This document shows, piece by piece, positions 1 through 10,716 of a stretch of DNA of 64,000 nt. A program made the position numbers and the translations under genes. The notes under the pieces are model-generated. The model had not been told where the DNA came from. It saw only the letters and a program-made list of their open reading frames with translations, and made no database searches. The stretch is from an uncultured Owenweeksia sp. (GTDB lineage: Bacteria > Bacteroidota > Bacteroidia > Flavobacteriales > Schleiferiaceae). How positions within the stretch are numbered: the stretch's first letter is position 1; each line of letters starts with the position of its first letter. The DNA lies in assembly GCA_964485405.1 (NCBI GenBank), contig CAZAJG010000006.1, forward strand, positions 41,466 to 105,465, given 5' to 3'.

Positions 1-2203
1 CTCCTTTCACAAAAGCCTCCATCATACTTTTATCCTGGCTGAGCTCTGCGATAAGCCTTAGCTCAATCTGCGAATAATCTGCTGCTAATAACAAGTGGTT
101 TTCATCTCTTGCTACAAAAGCTTTTCTTACTTCTTTTCCTTTTTCATTTCGGATAGGAATATTCTGAAGGTTAGGATTGTTAGAACTCAACCTTCCTGTA
201 GCCGCAACCGCTTGATTAAATGAAGTATGAATGCGATTTGTTGTTGGACTAACCATTAAGGGTAACGCATCTACGTAAGTAGATTTGAGTTTCACCATTT
301 GACGGTAATCCAATATTTTTTGAGCTATTTCATGTTCCTTCGCTAGCTCCACTAAAATATCCTCCGATGTAGCAAACTGACCACTCTTTGTTTTTTTAGG
401 TTTTTCAACGAGTTTCATTTTTCCAAACAAAACTTCGCCCAATTGTTTTGGTGACGAAATATTAAAATCTTCCCCAGAAAGCACCTTAATTTCCCCGTCT
501 AACGTTTCTATCAATGTCTCCAAATCAGATGAGAGCTTTTTCATAGACTCTACATTCAAACGAATCCCTTCTCTTTCCATATCCGACAAAACGCGCGCTA
601 AAGGCACTTCAATCTCCCTAAATATCTTTCTCGTTTCACCCACGTCTAACTTCTCTTCAAACACTTGTTTTAGTTGAAGCGTAATATCTGCATCTTCACC
701 AGCATACTCTTTTACCTTATCCGCATCTGCATCTCGCATACTCCCTTGGTTTTTTCCTTTTTTACCAATCAAGGTTTCAATACTAAGGGGTTGATAGTTT
801 AGATAAGTTTCCGCCAATACATCCATATTATGTCTCATATCCGGTTGAATGAGATAGTGCGCTAACATCGTATCAAACAGAGGACCTTTAACAGCTACAC
901 CATAGTTCTTTATAATAGTAATGTCGTATTTAAGATTCTGCCCTATCTTTTCAATACCCTCATGCTCAAAGAAAGGTCTAAACTCTTCTACAATTGCTTT
1001 TTCCTCTCCTTCTGGAACATTTACGTAGTAAGCCTTTCCGGCTTCGTAGCTAAAAGCAATACCCACTAAATCAACTTGAGTTATATCTAAACTTGTAGTC
1101 TCTGTATCAAAGCATACAGACTTTTGTTTCAATAAATTCCGCAAAAGCATTTTTCGCTCCATTGGGTGATTTATCAACTGATAAAAATGATCGTACTTGT
1201 CCAATGTTGTATAGCCTGTAAAAACATCTTCACTTTCCGTTGTTTCAGAAACAGCAGCGCTAAACAAGTCTGTTTGTCCGTTAGTATTAGCACTTACCGG
1301 AGCAGGTTTTGGCTTTTCCCCTTCTACGCCCACTACTCTTTTGAGCAACGTTCTAAACTCTAACTCAGCAAAAATGTCTTTTATCTTTTCTCCATCAGGC
1401 TCGCCCTTTTCTAATGCTTTCGCATCAAAATCAACGGGTACATCCAAAGCGATTCGCGCCAACCATTTGGATAGTATTCCTTGTTCTCTATTGTCTCGTA
1501 TTTTTTCACCCAGCTTACCTTTTATCTCATCCGCATGTTCCAGCATATTCTCCAATGTATCATACTGAGCAAGTAATTTGGTAGCTGTTTTAGGTCCTAC
1601 CCCAGGGAAACCCGGAATATTATCCACAGCATCTCCCATCATCCCCAAATAATCTATCACTTGATCTACGCGACTTAAGCCAAACTTTTCTTTTACCTGT
1701 TCCTCTCCCCAAATTTCTGGTGGGTTTCCAGATCTACCTGGACGATACATTTTAATATTTTCAGAAACTAGCTGACCATAATCCTTGTCTGGAGTCATCA
1801 TAAATACCTCAAAACCTTCTTTTTCTGCTTGCTTAGCCATGGTTCCAATCACATCATCGGCCTCATAACCATCCACACCAATAAATGGAATGTTAAAGGC
1901 TTCTAAAACTCTGGATATATATGGTATTGAGATTTTAATAGCCTCAGGTGTTTCGTCTCTATTTGCTTTGTAGGCTTCATATTCTACATGACGAAAAGTA
2001 GGCTTTGGCGTATCGTATACCACCCCAATATGAGTTGGGCTTTGCTTTTCTAAAACTTCTAGCATTGTGGTTACAAAACCAAATATGGCGGAGGTGTCTA
2101 AACCTTTTGACGTAACCCTTGGGTTGTTCACAAAAGCAAAATAGGCTCTGTAGATAAGAGCATAAGCATCTAATAGAAATAGTTTCTTGGGGTTTTCGGA
2201 CAT
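1..2203 (-). CDS. polA: DNA polymerase I, N-terminal ~734 codons; the C-terminus lies beyond position 1
   Basis: Missing from the ORF track because the frame is open at the window edge. Reverse-strand translation from ATG 2203..2201 reads MSENPKKLFLLDAYALIYRAYFAF...GVDGYEADDVIGT (5'-3' exonuclease signature). At the window edge it reads ...RLIAELSQDKSMMEAFVKG (Pol I motif A region). Plus-strand ORFs 1166..1363 and 1341..1568 are antisense artefacts. Confidence 0.93.
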   Translation of the reverse strand, partial: MSENPKKLFLLDAYALIYRAYFAFVNNPRVTSKGLDTSAIFGFVTTMLEVLEKQSPTHIGVVYDTPKPTFRHVEYEAYKANRDETPEAIKISIPYISRVLEAFNIPFIGVDGYEADDVIGTMAKQAEKEGFEVFMMTPDKDYGQLVSENIKMYRPGRSGNPPEIWGEEQVKEKFGLSRVDQVIDYLGMMGDAVDNIPGFPGVGPKTATKLLAQYDTLENMLEHADEIKGKLGEKIRDNREQGILSKWLARIALDVPVDFDAKALEKGEPDGEKIKDIFAELEFRTLLKRVVGVEGEKPKPAPVSANTNGQTDLFSAAVSETTESEDVFTGYTTLDKYDHFYQLINHPMERKMLLRNLLKQKSVCFDTETTSLDITQVDLVGIAFSYEAGKAYYVNVPEGEEKAIVEEFRPFFEHEGIEKIGQNLKYDITIIKNYGVAVKGPLFDTMLAHYLIQPDMRHNMDVLAETYLNYQPLSIETLIGKKGKNQGSMRDADADKVKEYAGEDADITLQLKQVFEEKLDVGETRKIFREIEVPLARVLSDMEREGIRLNVESMKKLSSDLETLIETLDGEIKVLSGEDFNISSPKQLGEVLFGKMKLVEKPKKTKSGQFATSEDILVELAKEHEIAQKILDYRQMVKLKSTYVDALPLMVSPTTNRIHTSFNQAVAATGRLSSNNPNLQNIPIRNEKGKEVRKAFVARDENHLLLAADYSQIELRLIAELSQDKSMMEAFVKG

Positions 2204-2272
2204 TTGTTCAGCATAATTTGTGCTAAAATTAGTATTAATATTACTGCCATAGAAACGATTTTCATTTAACGC

Positions 2273-3511
2273 ATGAGTTTAACCACCATCTTGATAAGAG
2301 TCCTTATCCTTACTGCTTTCCTTTTACTCATTGACATTTATGCTTTTCAAGCGATTAAAACTGTTTTTAAGGAAAGCAACATAGCTCGCTATATATATTG
2401 GGGCTTTTCCATAAGTGTATTAATAATTATCTGGTATACCTCTTTTAATTTAGACGCACGCTCTGGCCCTAACGCCTCTTTCAATTTAATGATGGCTTTG
2501 GCGATTCTCTCCCTAGTGCCAAAATTGATTGTTTCTGTTCTCATGTTTGGTGAAGATGCCTTTCGTATTATGGTTGGCGTTTGGCAAAAAATATCTGGTG
2601 AAACAGGGAGCGATTTTTTACCTGATAGAAGGAAATTTATCAGCCAAACGGGATTAATCCTAGCCGCCATCCCTTTTGCTGGTATTATTCATGGCGTATT
2701 AAAAGGAAAGTATAACTACAGGGTGGTCAATAAAACACTAGCCTTTAAAGATTTGCCAGAAGAATTTGAAAACTTCACCATCACTCAGATTTCAGATGTA
2801 CACTCCGGAAGCTTTGACAATGCAGAGAAGATTAAATATGGTATCGATTTAATCAACGAGCAAGAGTCAGATGTAATTCTATTTACTGGCGATTTGGTAA
2901 ACAACAGAGCAGATGAAATGGATCCTTGGAAAGGCATTTTTTCTGAACTCAAAGCCAAACACGGAAAATATTCTATTCTGGGAAACCATGATTACGGTGA
3001 CTACGTAAAATGGGATAGCCCGATAGAAAAGCAACGAAATATGGAGAAGCTCTATCAAACTCATGCTGATATGGGGTTCCAGTTGTTGAGAAATGAAAAT
3101 GTACAGATCAATAAATCATCTAGCTCTATTGATTTAATAGGTGTTGAAAACTGGGGAAAAGGATTTGCTCAGCATGGCGATTTAGATAAAGCTTCTGAAG
3201 GCCTGAAGAATGAATCTTTTAAAATCCTAATGTCTCATGATCCTTCACATTTTGATGAAGTGGTTAAAAAATTCAAACAGTTTATTCACCTTACCCTGAG
3301 TGGACATACACATGGTATGCAGTTTGGAATTGAAATACCCGGTTTTATTAAATGGAGCCCGGTTAAGTATAGGTACCCTAAGTGGGCTGGGCTTTACGAA
3401 GATCTTGGTAGACGTTTGTATGTAAACCGCGGTTTTGGGTTTTTAGCTTTTCCAGGAAGAGTGGGCATTTGGCCCGAAATAACTGTACTTAAACTGGTTA
3501 AAGAAGCCTAG
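2273..3511 (+). CDS. membrane-anchored metallophosphoesterase (calcineurin-like)
   Basis: 412-aa ORF with hydrophobic N-terminal helices. Motifs ISDVHSG, FTGDLVN, LGNHD and SGHTHG occur in canonical order. Divergent from polA across 69 bp. Confidence 0.85.
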   Translation: MSLTTILIRVLILTAFLLLIDIYAFQAIKTVFKESNIARYIYWGFSISVLIIIWYTSFNLDARSGPNASFNLMMALAILSLVPKLIVSVLMFGEDAFRIMVGVWQKISGETGSDFLPDRRKFISQTGLILAAIPFAGIIHGVLKGKYNYRVVNKTLAFKDLPEEFENFTITQISDVHSGSFDNAEKIKYGIDLINEQESDVILFTGDLVNNRADEMDPWKGIFSELKAKHGKYSILGNHDYGDYVKWDSPIEKQRNMEKLYQTHADMGFQLLRNENVQINKSSSSIDLIGVENWGKGFAQHGDLDKASEGLKNESFKILMSHDPSHFDEVVKKFKQFIHLTLSGHTHGMQFGIEIPGFIKWSPVKYRYPKWAGLYEDLGRRLYVNRGFGFLAFPGRVGIWPEITVLKLVKEA

Positions 3512-3578
3512 TCTTTCATATTTAAGGGTTAAAATCACACTGGCTTTTAAAAGTTAGCGGTTTTAGTATATTTGGGGG

Positions 3579-4100
3579 GTGCATAAAAGAATTTTCATGA
3601 AAATCTCATTCAACCTTTCCTTACTTGCCTTGGCCTTTGCCCTAATATTTACTTCTTGCAGCAAGCAAGACATTAGCTTACCTGAACAAGCTGCTTTAGA
3701 CGCCATCCTGATTGGAGAGTGGAAAGTGGAATCTGTAAAACAAAGAATTGAAACCGGTCCTAGCTTCGTTACCTTTACCAGCGATGTTGCGGTAGGCAGC
3801 TTTACTTTTACACCAGACTCCACTTATCACAGTGTGAATTTCGCATATAGTTTACCTAATGAAATCGATCCCGATGTACCTTTAATTTTCAACTTAAATG
3901 AGACGAGGTATGGTAATTATGTGATAAGTAATGCAGATCAACTTGCAGTAAACGAAAAATCTAGCAACCTCATTATAACCTATTCAACAATCAGTAGAAC
4001 GGAAACTTCGATGGTTTTATATTATGAATTCTTTACGGATATTCCTGGTACATCAGATAAACAAAAGGAACGATACACCTTTCAATTGACTAAACTTTAA
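3579..4100 (+). CDS. small secreted lipoprotein, function unknown
   Basis: 173-aa ORF. The likely true start is the second ATG (3597, MKISFNLSLLALAFALIFTSC), which gives a lipoprotein-type signal with Cys. No catalytic motif recognised. Confidence 0.7.
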   Translation: MHKRIFMKISFNLSLLALAFALIFTSCSKQDISLPEQAALDAILIGEWKVESVKQRIETGPSFVTFTSDVAVGSFTFTPDSTYHSVNFAYSLPNEIDPDVPLIFNLNETRYGNYVISNADQLAVNEKSSNLIITYSTISRTETSMVLYYEFFTDIPGTSDKQKERYTFQLTKL

Positions 4101-4116
4101 GCTTGATTAACCCAAT

Positions 4117-4152
4117 AAAAAAATCCCCTGCTGCAAACAGGGGATTTTTTTT
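4117..4152. terminator. bidirectional intrinsic terminator between convergent genes
   Basis: AAAAAAATCCCCTG-ctgcaaa-CAGGGGATTTTTTTT. An 8-bp GC-rich stem is flanked by an A-run and a T-run. The T-run overlaps the tdh stop codon. Confidence 0.8.
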
Positions 4153-5089
4153 AGCTTAAATTTTTCAGCATATCATCCACCATGTTTTCTAGACTAAAAT
4201 CTGGTTTCCATTGCCAATCTTCTCTGGCTCTTTGGTCGTTAATACTTTGAGGCCAACCCAAAGCAATTTCATTTCTAAAGTCGATGTTATAACTTAGGTG
4301 GAACTCTGGAATATGTTTTCTTATCTCATCACCTAAGGCTTCTGGTGTAAAGCTAAAAGCCGCTAAGTTATAGGATGTTCTAATCTTAATTTGTTCTTCA
4401 GGAGCTTCCATAATGCCTATAGTCGCCTTTATAGCGTCTGGCATATACATCATTGGCAGTTTGGTATCTTCTGCTACGTAACATTCATATTTCTGATCGG
4501 AAATCGCCTTATGAAAAATATCTACCGCATAATCCGTTGTTCCTCCACCGGGCTCTGTCTTGTAAGATATTAAACCCGGATAACGCAAACTACGCACATC
4601 TACTTTATACTTTTTATGGTAATAATCGCACCACAACTCTCCAGACAACTTACTAATCCCGTAAACCGTTGTGGGGTCCATTACCGTGAATTGTGCAGTA
4701 TCTGATTTGGGCGTAGTAGGTCCAAAAGCAGCAATACTACTCGGCCAATATACTTTGCTCAAGTAGCCGTCTTTAGCCAAATTTAACACATTGAATAAGC
4801 TCTCCATATTTAATTCCCACCCTTTGGCTGGAAATTTTTCTCCAGTAGCTGAAAGCATAGCCACCAAATGGTATACCTGATTGATTTTATGCTTTTTTAT
4901 AACCTCCAACAATCGTTCGCCATCCATCACATTGATTTCCTCAAAAGGACCTCCTTCTAAAACAAACGAAGCTGGTTCCTTAATGTCTGATGCGACCACG
5001 TTATCTGCACCATACATCTCTCGTAGTTTTACTACTAGGTCAGTACCTATTTGACCTGAAGCGCCAAGAATCAAAATTTTATCTATCAT
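4151..5089 (-). CDS. tdh: L-threonine 3-dehydrogenase, NAD-dependent epimerase/dehydratase (SDR) type
   Basis: 312-aa ORF with Rossmann motif GASGQIG. From memory it resembles flavobacterial SDR-type threonine dehydrogenases over its full length (SIAAFGPTTP, TVYGISK, YPGLIS, GGGTTDYAV, AREDWQWKP). Confidence 0.78.
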   Translation of the reverse strand: MIDKILILGASGQIGTDLVVKLREMYGADNVVASDIKEPASFVLEGGPFEEINVMDGERLLEVIKKHKINQVYHLVAMLSATGEKFPAKGWELNMESLFNVLNLAKDGYLSKVYWPSSIAAFGPTTPKSDTAQFTVMDPTTVYGISKLSGELWCDYYHKKYKVDVRSLRYPGLISYKTEPGGGTTDYAVDIFHKAISDQKYECYVAEDTKLPMMYMPDAIKATIGIMEAPEEQIKIRTSYNLAAFSFTPEALGDEIRKHIPEFHLSYNIDFRNEIALGWPQSINDQRAREDWQWKPDFSLENMVDDMLKNLS

Positions 5090-5257
5090 AAACCATTTTT
5101 AGCTTGCGGCAAATATAAGGTATCACGCCTCTTTCCTTTTAAACCTTTTCCCACTCTCAAATAAGAGGTTATTCACAAAACCTTAAGCTTTCCTTTCTGT
5201 AAAGCTGACATTTATCATAATGCATTTGAATTGAAGCTTGGTTCTTTGTAGGTATTG

Positions 5258-5265
5258 TAAATTTG
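5258..5265 (+). promoter_or_regulatory. candidate Bacteroidota -7 box (TAAATTTG = TAnnTTTG) for trhO
   Basis: Exact match to TAnnTTTG, 33 nt upstream of ATG 5298. A TTG lies at 5238-5240, 17 nt upstream. Motif match only. Confidence 0.3.
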
Positions 5266-5297
5266 CAGCATACCGAGAACTAACGATTTAGAAGAGG

Positions 5298-6332
5298 ATG
5301 GATCCGAATGCAGGAAAAAAAGGTCTTTACAATAAGCTAGGACCTAATGAATTAAAAAAAAGACTGGAAGCTGAAACCTTTAAAAGACGCACGGTTTCTT
5401 TTTATAAGTATGTCATACTTGAAGATCCACAGTCTATGCGGGATCAGCTTTATGCAGAATGGAAAGACTTGAATTGTTTGGGCCGAATCTATTTGGCGAA
5501 AGAGGGTATAAATGCTCAAATGAATGTTCCAGAACATCATTGGGATGAATTTGCAGAAAAGCTATACGCGCATCCTGAGTTTACCCATGTGCCCTTTAAA
5601 ATTGCTGTAGAAGATGAGGATGAATCTTTTTTAAAGCTTACGATAAAAATCAGAAAAAAGATTGTGGCAGATGGGTTAAAGGAGGATGATTTTGATGTAA
5701 CCAATGTTGGCCAACATTTAACCGCTGAACAATGGAATCAAGCTATCGAAAGCGGAAAAGCCGTGGTTGTAGATATCCGAAATCACTATGAAAGTGAAAT
5801 TGGTCACTTTGAGGGAGCTCTGCTTCCAGAAGCCGAAACTTTTAGGGAGGAGCTACCGGAAGTGTTGGATATGCTAAAAGGAAAAGAAGATGAAAAAGTA
5901 CTATTGTATTGCACCGGTGGAATACGTTGTGAAAAAACAAGTGCTTATCTAAAGCATCATGGTTTTAAGGATGTAAACCAACTTCATGGAGGTATTATTG
6001 ACTATGCCCGTCAGATAAAAAGTGAAAATTTAGATAATAAGTTTAAAGGGAAGAACTTTGTTTTTGATGATCGACTAGGAGAGCATATTGGCGATGAAGT
6101 TATTGCAGAGTGTCATCAATGTGGAAAAACTTGTGATACACATGTAAATTGTACCAATAAGGATTGTAATCTCCTTTTCATTCAATGCGAAGATTGTGCA
6201 AAGCAACATGAAGGAACTTGTTCCGAAAAATGTCAAACCATCATCCACCTTTCTACAGAAGAACAAAAAGAACTCCGAAAAGGAAATAAAAATCCAAAAC
6301 AGTTTCATCGACATAGAAAAGTGAATTTGTAA
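5298..6332 (+). CDS. trhO: rhodanese-domain tRNA uridine(34) hydroxylase (UPF0176/YceA family)
   Basis: 344-aa ORF. Rhodanese active-site loop [11 protein letters not shown], followed by a Cys-rich C-terminal tail typical of the family. Confidence 0.8.
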   Translation: MDPNAGKKGLYNKLGPNELKKRLEAETFKRRTVSFYKYVILEDPQSMRDQLYAEWKDLNCLGRIYLAKEGINAQMNVPEHHWDEFAEKLYAHPEFTHVPFKIAVEDEDESFLKLTIKIRKKIVADGLKEDDFDVTNVGQHLTAEQWNQAIESGKAVVVDIRNHYESEIGHFEGALLPEAETFREELPEVLDMLKGKEDEKVLLYCTGGIRCEKTSAYLKHHGFKDVNQLHGGIIDYARQIKSENLDNKFKGKNFVFDDRLGEHIGDEVIAECHQCGKTCDTHVNCTNKDCNLLFIQCEDCAKQHEGTCSEKCQTIIHLSTEEQKELRKGNKNPKQFHRHRKVNL

Positions 6333-6372
6333 ATCAGGATTTCTACATTTAACCGATTAAAAGAAAACGAAT

Positions 6373-7530
6373 ATGCCTTTTTACCATCAATTGGGGAAAG
6401 TTCCTCATAAACGTCATACCACATTTAAAAAACCAGACGGCTCGCTTTACTATGAACAATTATTTGGCACCATAGGCTTTGCTGGAATGTCTTCCCTTCT
6501 ATATCATGCGCATCGCCCTACTATGGTTAAAGAAATTGGTGAGGCCATAGATGTTACCCCAAAAGTAGCTATAGACAACAATATTACCAGCCGTATGCTA
6601 AAAGGCTGGAGTCTTTCTCCACAAAACGATTTTTTAGAAGCCCGAAAAAGAGTTTTAGTAAATAGCGATGTACACATTAGTTTGGCCGCTCCGAAAGAGA
6701 GTATGACCGATTACTTTTATAAGAACACCGATGCTGACGAAGTTCTTTTTGTACATAAGGGAAAGGGGAAGCTGAGAACCTTAGTAGGCAACATCGATTT
6801 TGATTATGGTGATTATTTAGTCATTCCAAGAGGGATTATCTATCAAATAGAATTTGAAACCGAAGATAATCGCCTATTTATTGTGGAATCTTTTAGCCCC
6901 GTTTACACACCAAAACGATATCGGAATCATTTTGGTCAATTACTGGAGCATTCCCCCTTTTGTGAAAGGGACATTCGCAGACCTTCCGAATTAGAAACTC
7001 ATGATGAACAAGGTGATTTTTTGATTAAGATCAAGAAAGAGAATAAAATTCATAATCTGGTATATGGTTCTCATCCTTTTGATGTGATAGGTTGGGATGG
7101 TTACAACTATCCGTACGCCTTCAATATCAATGATTTTGAACCTATTACGGGTAGAGTGCATCAACCACCACCCGTTCATCAAACCTTTGAAACAGACACT
7201 TTTGTGATCTGCTCTTTCTGCCCTAGGTTATATGACTATCACCCAGAAGCTATTCCTGCCCCATACAATCATAGCAACATTGATAGTGATGAAGTACTCT
7301 ATTATGTAGATGGTGACTTTATGAGCCGAGCGCATGTAGATAAAGGTTTTATCAGTTTACATCCGGCAGGTATTCCACATGGGCCGCACCCTGGCTTATA
7401 CGAAAAGAGTGTAGGCCAAAAAGAAACTTTGGAATTAGCGGTTATGGTAGATACTTTTAAACCACTAAAAGTTACAGAAGAGGCACTTAAAATGGACGAT
7501 AATACGTATTGGAAAAGCTGGATGGAGTAA
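6373..7530 (+). CDS. hmgA: homogentisate 1,2-dioxygenase (short Bacteroidota type)
   Basis: 385-aa ORF beginning MPFYHQLGKVPHKRHTTF, with a cupin-like core. The pathway partner hppD lies nearby. Confidence 0.78.
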   Translation: MPFYHQLGKVPHKRHTTFKKPDGSLYYEQLFGTIGFAGMSSLLYHAHRPTMVKEIGEAIDVTPKVAIDNNITSRMLKGWSLSPQNDFLEARKRVLVNSDVHISLAAPKESMTDYFYKNTDADEVLFVHKGKGKLRTLVGNIDFDYGDYLVIPRGIIYQIEFETEDNRLFIVESFSPVYTPKRYRNHFGQLLEHSPFCERDIRRPSELETHDEQGDFLIKIKKENKIHNLVYGSHPFDVIGWDGYNYPYAFNINDFEPITGRVHQPPPVHQTFETDTFVICSFCPRLYDYHPEAIPAPYNHSNIDSDEVLYYVDGDFMSRAHVDKGFISLHPAGIPHGPHPGLYEKSVGQKETLELAVMVDTFKPLKVTEEALKMDDNTYWKSWME

Positions 7531-7564
7531 ACCAGCTGAATTGTAAAGAAGATGTTATTAAAAT

Positions 7565-7604
7565 AAAAAAGTTCAGAATGACTAGGTCAATCTGAACTTT
7601 TTTT
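7565..7604. terminator. bidirectional intrinsic terminator
   Basis: AAAAAA-GTTCAGA-atgactaggtcaa-TCTGAAC-TTTTTTT, between the hmgA stop (7530) and the minus-strand OMP stop (7625). Confidence 0.7.
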
Positions 7605-7624
7605 AAATTATCTGGAAATTTTTC

Positions 7625-8152
7625 TTAGTCGAATTTAATTGCAAGTCCTAAGTTAACTGCAGAAACACCATATCCAACTTCCAAGAATGCTCCTATATTG
7701 TCAGTAAAGTGGTATCTACCACCGATATAAATACCTGGAAGAACACCGCTTAAGTCAGTATCAAAAAACTCTTCAAAATCTTCGTCATCAATACTGAACC
7801 CTACTGAATTGTAAGCTACCATTAGGCCAGCGTACGTATCAAAATTGTCAATTAGCTCGAAGTGGTAAGAACCTCTAGCACCAGCGACAAAGTAAGTATA
7901 CTCAGCTTTAGCAAAGAGCAAATCCTGCTCAGAAGCCGTGTATCCAAGAAAAGCTCCTACACTGAATTTGTCATTTAGACCATACTCATACGAAGCACTT
8001 ATGGGGGGGATAGTAGCGTCTCCACTTAGTCCAAAAGAAGCAAATCCGATACCAACGTTGATGTTACTTTGGCCTTCTTCATGTTGCGCTTGAGACGAAA
8101 AGCTCAATAATAGAGCCCCTACAAAAAATAAGGAGTAAAAGTTCCTTTTCAT
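7625..8152 (-). CDS. small outer-membrane beta-barrel protein (OmpW/porin-like)
   Basis: 175-aa ORF. Signal peptide MKRNFYSLFFVGALLLSFSSQAQ, then alternating Gly/aromatic beta-strand pattern throughout. Confidence 0.7.
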   Translation of the reverse strand: MKRNFYSLFFVGALLLSFSSQAQHEEGQSNINVGIGFASFGLSGDATIPPISASYEYGLNDKFSVGAFLGYTASEQDLLFAKAEYTYFVAGARGSYHFELIDNFDTYAGLMVAYNSVGFSIDDEDFEEFFDTDLSGVLPGIYIGGRYHFTDNIGAFLEVGYGVSAVNLGLAIKFD

Positions 8153-8334
8153 ACCTATTAAATTTTAATTTGGTTGCCTACTCTAAAAGATTTTCGGCTT
8201 TCTCTGTGGCGGCAATTTATATAAAAAATTAACAAAATTGCTTAGGTTTAAAAAAAAATACGAATCCTAATATCACCAACATTTAGATTAGAAGAGCAGC
8301 ACTCTATCCTATTCTGGTTTGAATGTGCATTTCT

Positions 8335-8342
8335 TACATTTG
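8335..8342 (+). promoter_or_regulatory. candidate -7 box (TACATTTG) for hppD
   Basis: Exact TAnnTTTG match 21 nt upstream of ATG 8363. No well-spaced -33 element. Confidence 0.25.
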
Positions 8343-8362
8343 CCTAAAATACAATCAAATCT

Positions 8363-9508
8363 ATGGACACACTATACGATAACTCCTCATTAAAGCTAAA
8401 GAAAGAATTTCCGGAGGCGGAGGATTTCTTACCTCTTAACGGAACAGATCATGTGGAGCTTTATGTTGGAAACGCAAAGCAAGCTGCTCACTTTTACAAA
8501 ACAGCTTTTGGATTTCAATCGTTGGCTTATGCCGGATTAGAAACGGGTGTTACGGATAGAGTTTCTTATGTATTGGAACAGGATAAAATCCGCTTAGTTC
8601 TTACATCCCCTTTAGGATCTGGAGGTCCGATTAATGAGCACTTAGAAAAGCATGGTGATGGAGTGAAAAATGTAGCTATCTGGGTAGATGATGCCACAAA
8701 AAGTTGGAAAGAAACTACTTCTAGAGGCGCTGAGTCAGCAGGAGAACCGCACACCATTGAAGATAAAAATGGGAAAGTAACGCTATCGGCCATTAAAACT
8801 TATGGCGACACGCATCATGTTTTCGTAGAGCGCTCTGCCTACAGTGGAGTGTTTATGCCAGGTTATAAAGAATGGAAATCTCATTACAACCCAAAGTCTG
8901 CAGGCCTAAAGTTTATCGACCATATGGTAGGTAATGTAGGTTGGGGCGAAATGAATAAATGGGTTGATTTTTATGCCCGAGTAATGGGGTTTGCACAGCT
9001 AATTTCTTTTGATGATAAAGATATTTCTACCGATTACACCGCTCTAATGAGTAAAGTAATGACGAATGGAAATGGCCGAATTAAATTTCCAATTAACGAA
9101 CCTGCGGAGGGTAAAAAGAAATCTCAAATTGAAGAATATTTAGATTTTTACCAAGGTGCTGGTGTACAGCATATTGCCGTAGCTACTGATAATATTATAG
9201 AAACTGTAATACAATTAAAAGACAATGGTGTTGAGTTTTTATATGTTCCTACCAATTACTACGATGATCTTTTGGAGCGCGTAGGGCATATTGACGAAGA
9301 CCTTGAGTCGCTTAAAAAATTAGGAATTCTTATCGATCGAGATGACGAAGGTTATTTGCTTCAATTGTTTACAAAACCTGTAGCCGATAGACCCACTTTA
9401 TTCTTTGAAATTATACAACGTAAAGGTGCTAAATCCTTTGGCAAAGGGAATTTTAAGGCCCTCTTTGAAGCCATTGAGAGAGAGCAAGAAAATAGAGGTA
9501 CTCTATAG
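8363..9508 (+). CDS. hppD: 4-hydroxyphenylpyruvate dioxygenase
   Basis: 381-aa ORF with two VOC/glyoxalase-like halves. Motifs GVQHIAVATDNI and the C-terminal LFFEIIQRKG...GNFKALFEAIEREQ. Confidence 0.9.
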   Translation: MDTLYDNSSLKLKKEFPEAEDFLPLNGTDHVELYVGNAKQAAHFYKTAFGFQSLAYAGLETGVTDRVSYVLEQDKIRLVLTSPLGSGGPINEHLEKHGDGVKNVAIWVDDATKSWKETTSRGAESAGEPHTIEDKNGKVTLSAIKTYGDTHHVFVERSAYSGVFMPGYKEWKSHYNPKSAGLKFIDHMVGNVGWGEMNKWVDFYARVMGFAQLISFDDKDISTDYTALMSKVMTNGNGRIKFPINEPAEGKKKSQIEEYLDFYQGAGVQHIAVATDNIIETVIQLKDNGVEFLYVPTNYYDDLLERVGHIDEDLESLKKLGILIDRDDEGYLLQLFTKPVADRPTLFFEIIQRKGAKSFGKGNFKALFEAIEREQENRGTL

Positions 9509-9515
9509 ATTTCAC

Positions 9516-9547
9516 AAAAAAGCCGTTCCTTAGGAGCGGCTTTTTTA
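9516..9547 (+). terminator. intrinsic terminator after hppD
   Basis: AAAAAAGCCGTTCC-tta-GGAGCGGCTTTTTT, a 9-bp stem with one G-U pair followed by a T-run. Confidence 0.65.
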
Positions 9548-9568
9548 CTAACTAAATACATTTCTTCC

Positions 9569-10600
9569 ATGCCAAGCAAAATCGATTTCTTCAAAAAAAT
9601 CCTTATTGCCATCGCTCTTTTCTCCTTCTTAGATTTAGGCGCTCAAGTTCAAATGGGTAATTATGAGTATTACCATAGAGAAACGAAACCTTTTAACAAG
9701 AAATGGCTGGACGGACTTAAAAAAACCAAAACCATCTTCGTCTATCATCCATTTGAAGCAGAAATGGTTGAGAAGGTAAAGGAGAGGATCAGTAAATTTT
9801 GGACCGTTACGGAGCTAGAATTTATACCCTACGAGGATGCTAAACGACAATTAAAAAGTCGGAAAAAAGGACGTTACAGCTTCATTCAGTTTGATGCTTA
9901 CGCCATTATAAAATCAGATCCAAATAGCAGTCTTGGAGATCATATGACCAAACTTTACTCCTATCGTGACTTTTATTATTATGCAGGTGATAAAAAGAGA
10001 AGTATGGGTCAAATCCACTTTGATCCTACGTTAGAATCTTTTAGCGACATGAACCAGAAAGGCTTGCTCCGGTATAATTCTGACTTTGGCATGACTAAGG
10101 TTCTCAAAGAACTAGTGAGCGGAAATGTTACCTATTTTAATCATTCAGCTGGGCACCTTCTTATTTATATGAAGGACTTACACAATAGGCTGGTAAAAAA
10201 TAATCCTACTCATCTGAGCGAAGAGATTATACGCCCTGAAGAATTGGAAAAACTAAACACATCTACACTTTACTTAGATGAAATATTGCTTGAGAAAAGA
10301 AATGTTTTCAATAGAGCGAAACTAGAAATAGTTCCACCGGAAGAAATCCTTGGGAAATATGCTCATCCCACTAAAATAGTAGATATTAAATCCATTTCAG
10401 ACCTTATCCTGAACCCTCCTGAAGAGGATGCGTATTTTCTCGTTTGTCAAGGTGTAAACGCAAGAACCTCTTTTCAAGTGTATAATTTAAAGACGCAGAA
10501 AATCGTTTTCACATCCTTTGACAAAGGCTTATTTAAGATCAAATCGGTCAAAAACGGTTTCAAATCCTTGAATAAGGAAATAAAGAAAGCTAGCAAGTAA
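9569..10600 (+). CDS. secreted hypothetical protein
   Basis: 343-aa ORF. N-terminal hydrophobic signal (ILIAIALFSFLDLGAQ). No motif recognised. Confidence 0.65.
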   Translation: MPSKIDFFKKILIAIALFSFLDLGAQVQMGNYEYYHRETKPFNKKWLDGLKKTKTIFVYHPFEAEMVEKVKERISKFWTVTELEFIPYEDAKRQLKSRKKGRYSFIQFDAYAIIKSDPNSSLGDHMTKLYSYRDFYYYAGDKKRSMGQIHFDPTLESFSDMNQKGLLRYNSDFGMTKVLKELVSGNVTYFNHSAGHLLIYMKDLHNRLVKNNPTHLSEEIIRPEELEKLNTSTLYLDEILLEKRNVFNRAKLEIVPPEEILGKYAHPTKIVDIKSISDLILNPPEEDAYFLVCQGVNARTSFQVYNLKTQKIVFTSFDKGLFKIKSVKNGFKSLNKEIKKASK

Positions 10601-10716
10601 TAATCATGAGATGCATCCTTATCCTCTATTCGTGCATCTATATTAATTGATATTAAAAAGTCTTAAAGGCAACCTCTTGAATAGTAACAAGTGTCAATAA
10701 GTAAAATCCGATATAA

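Noticed and set aside
1166-1568. Two plus-strand ORFs (65 and 75 aa) from the track
   Set aside because: Both lie antisense within polA, whose frame is continuous from 2203 to the window edge.
6373-9508. hmgA and hppD separated by an opposite-strand OMP gene, and rfbA (15649..16512) without rfbBCD, as possible pathway oddities
   Set aside because: Scattered pathway genes are common in Bacteroidota chromosomes. Nothing in the sequence itself is unusual, and the missing partners are most likely elsewhere in the genome.
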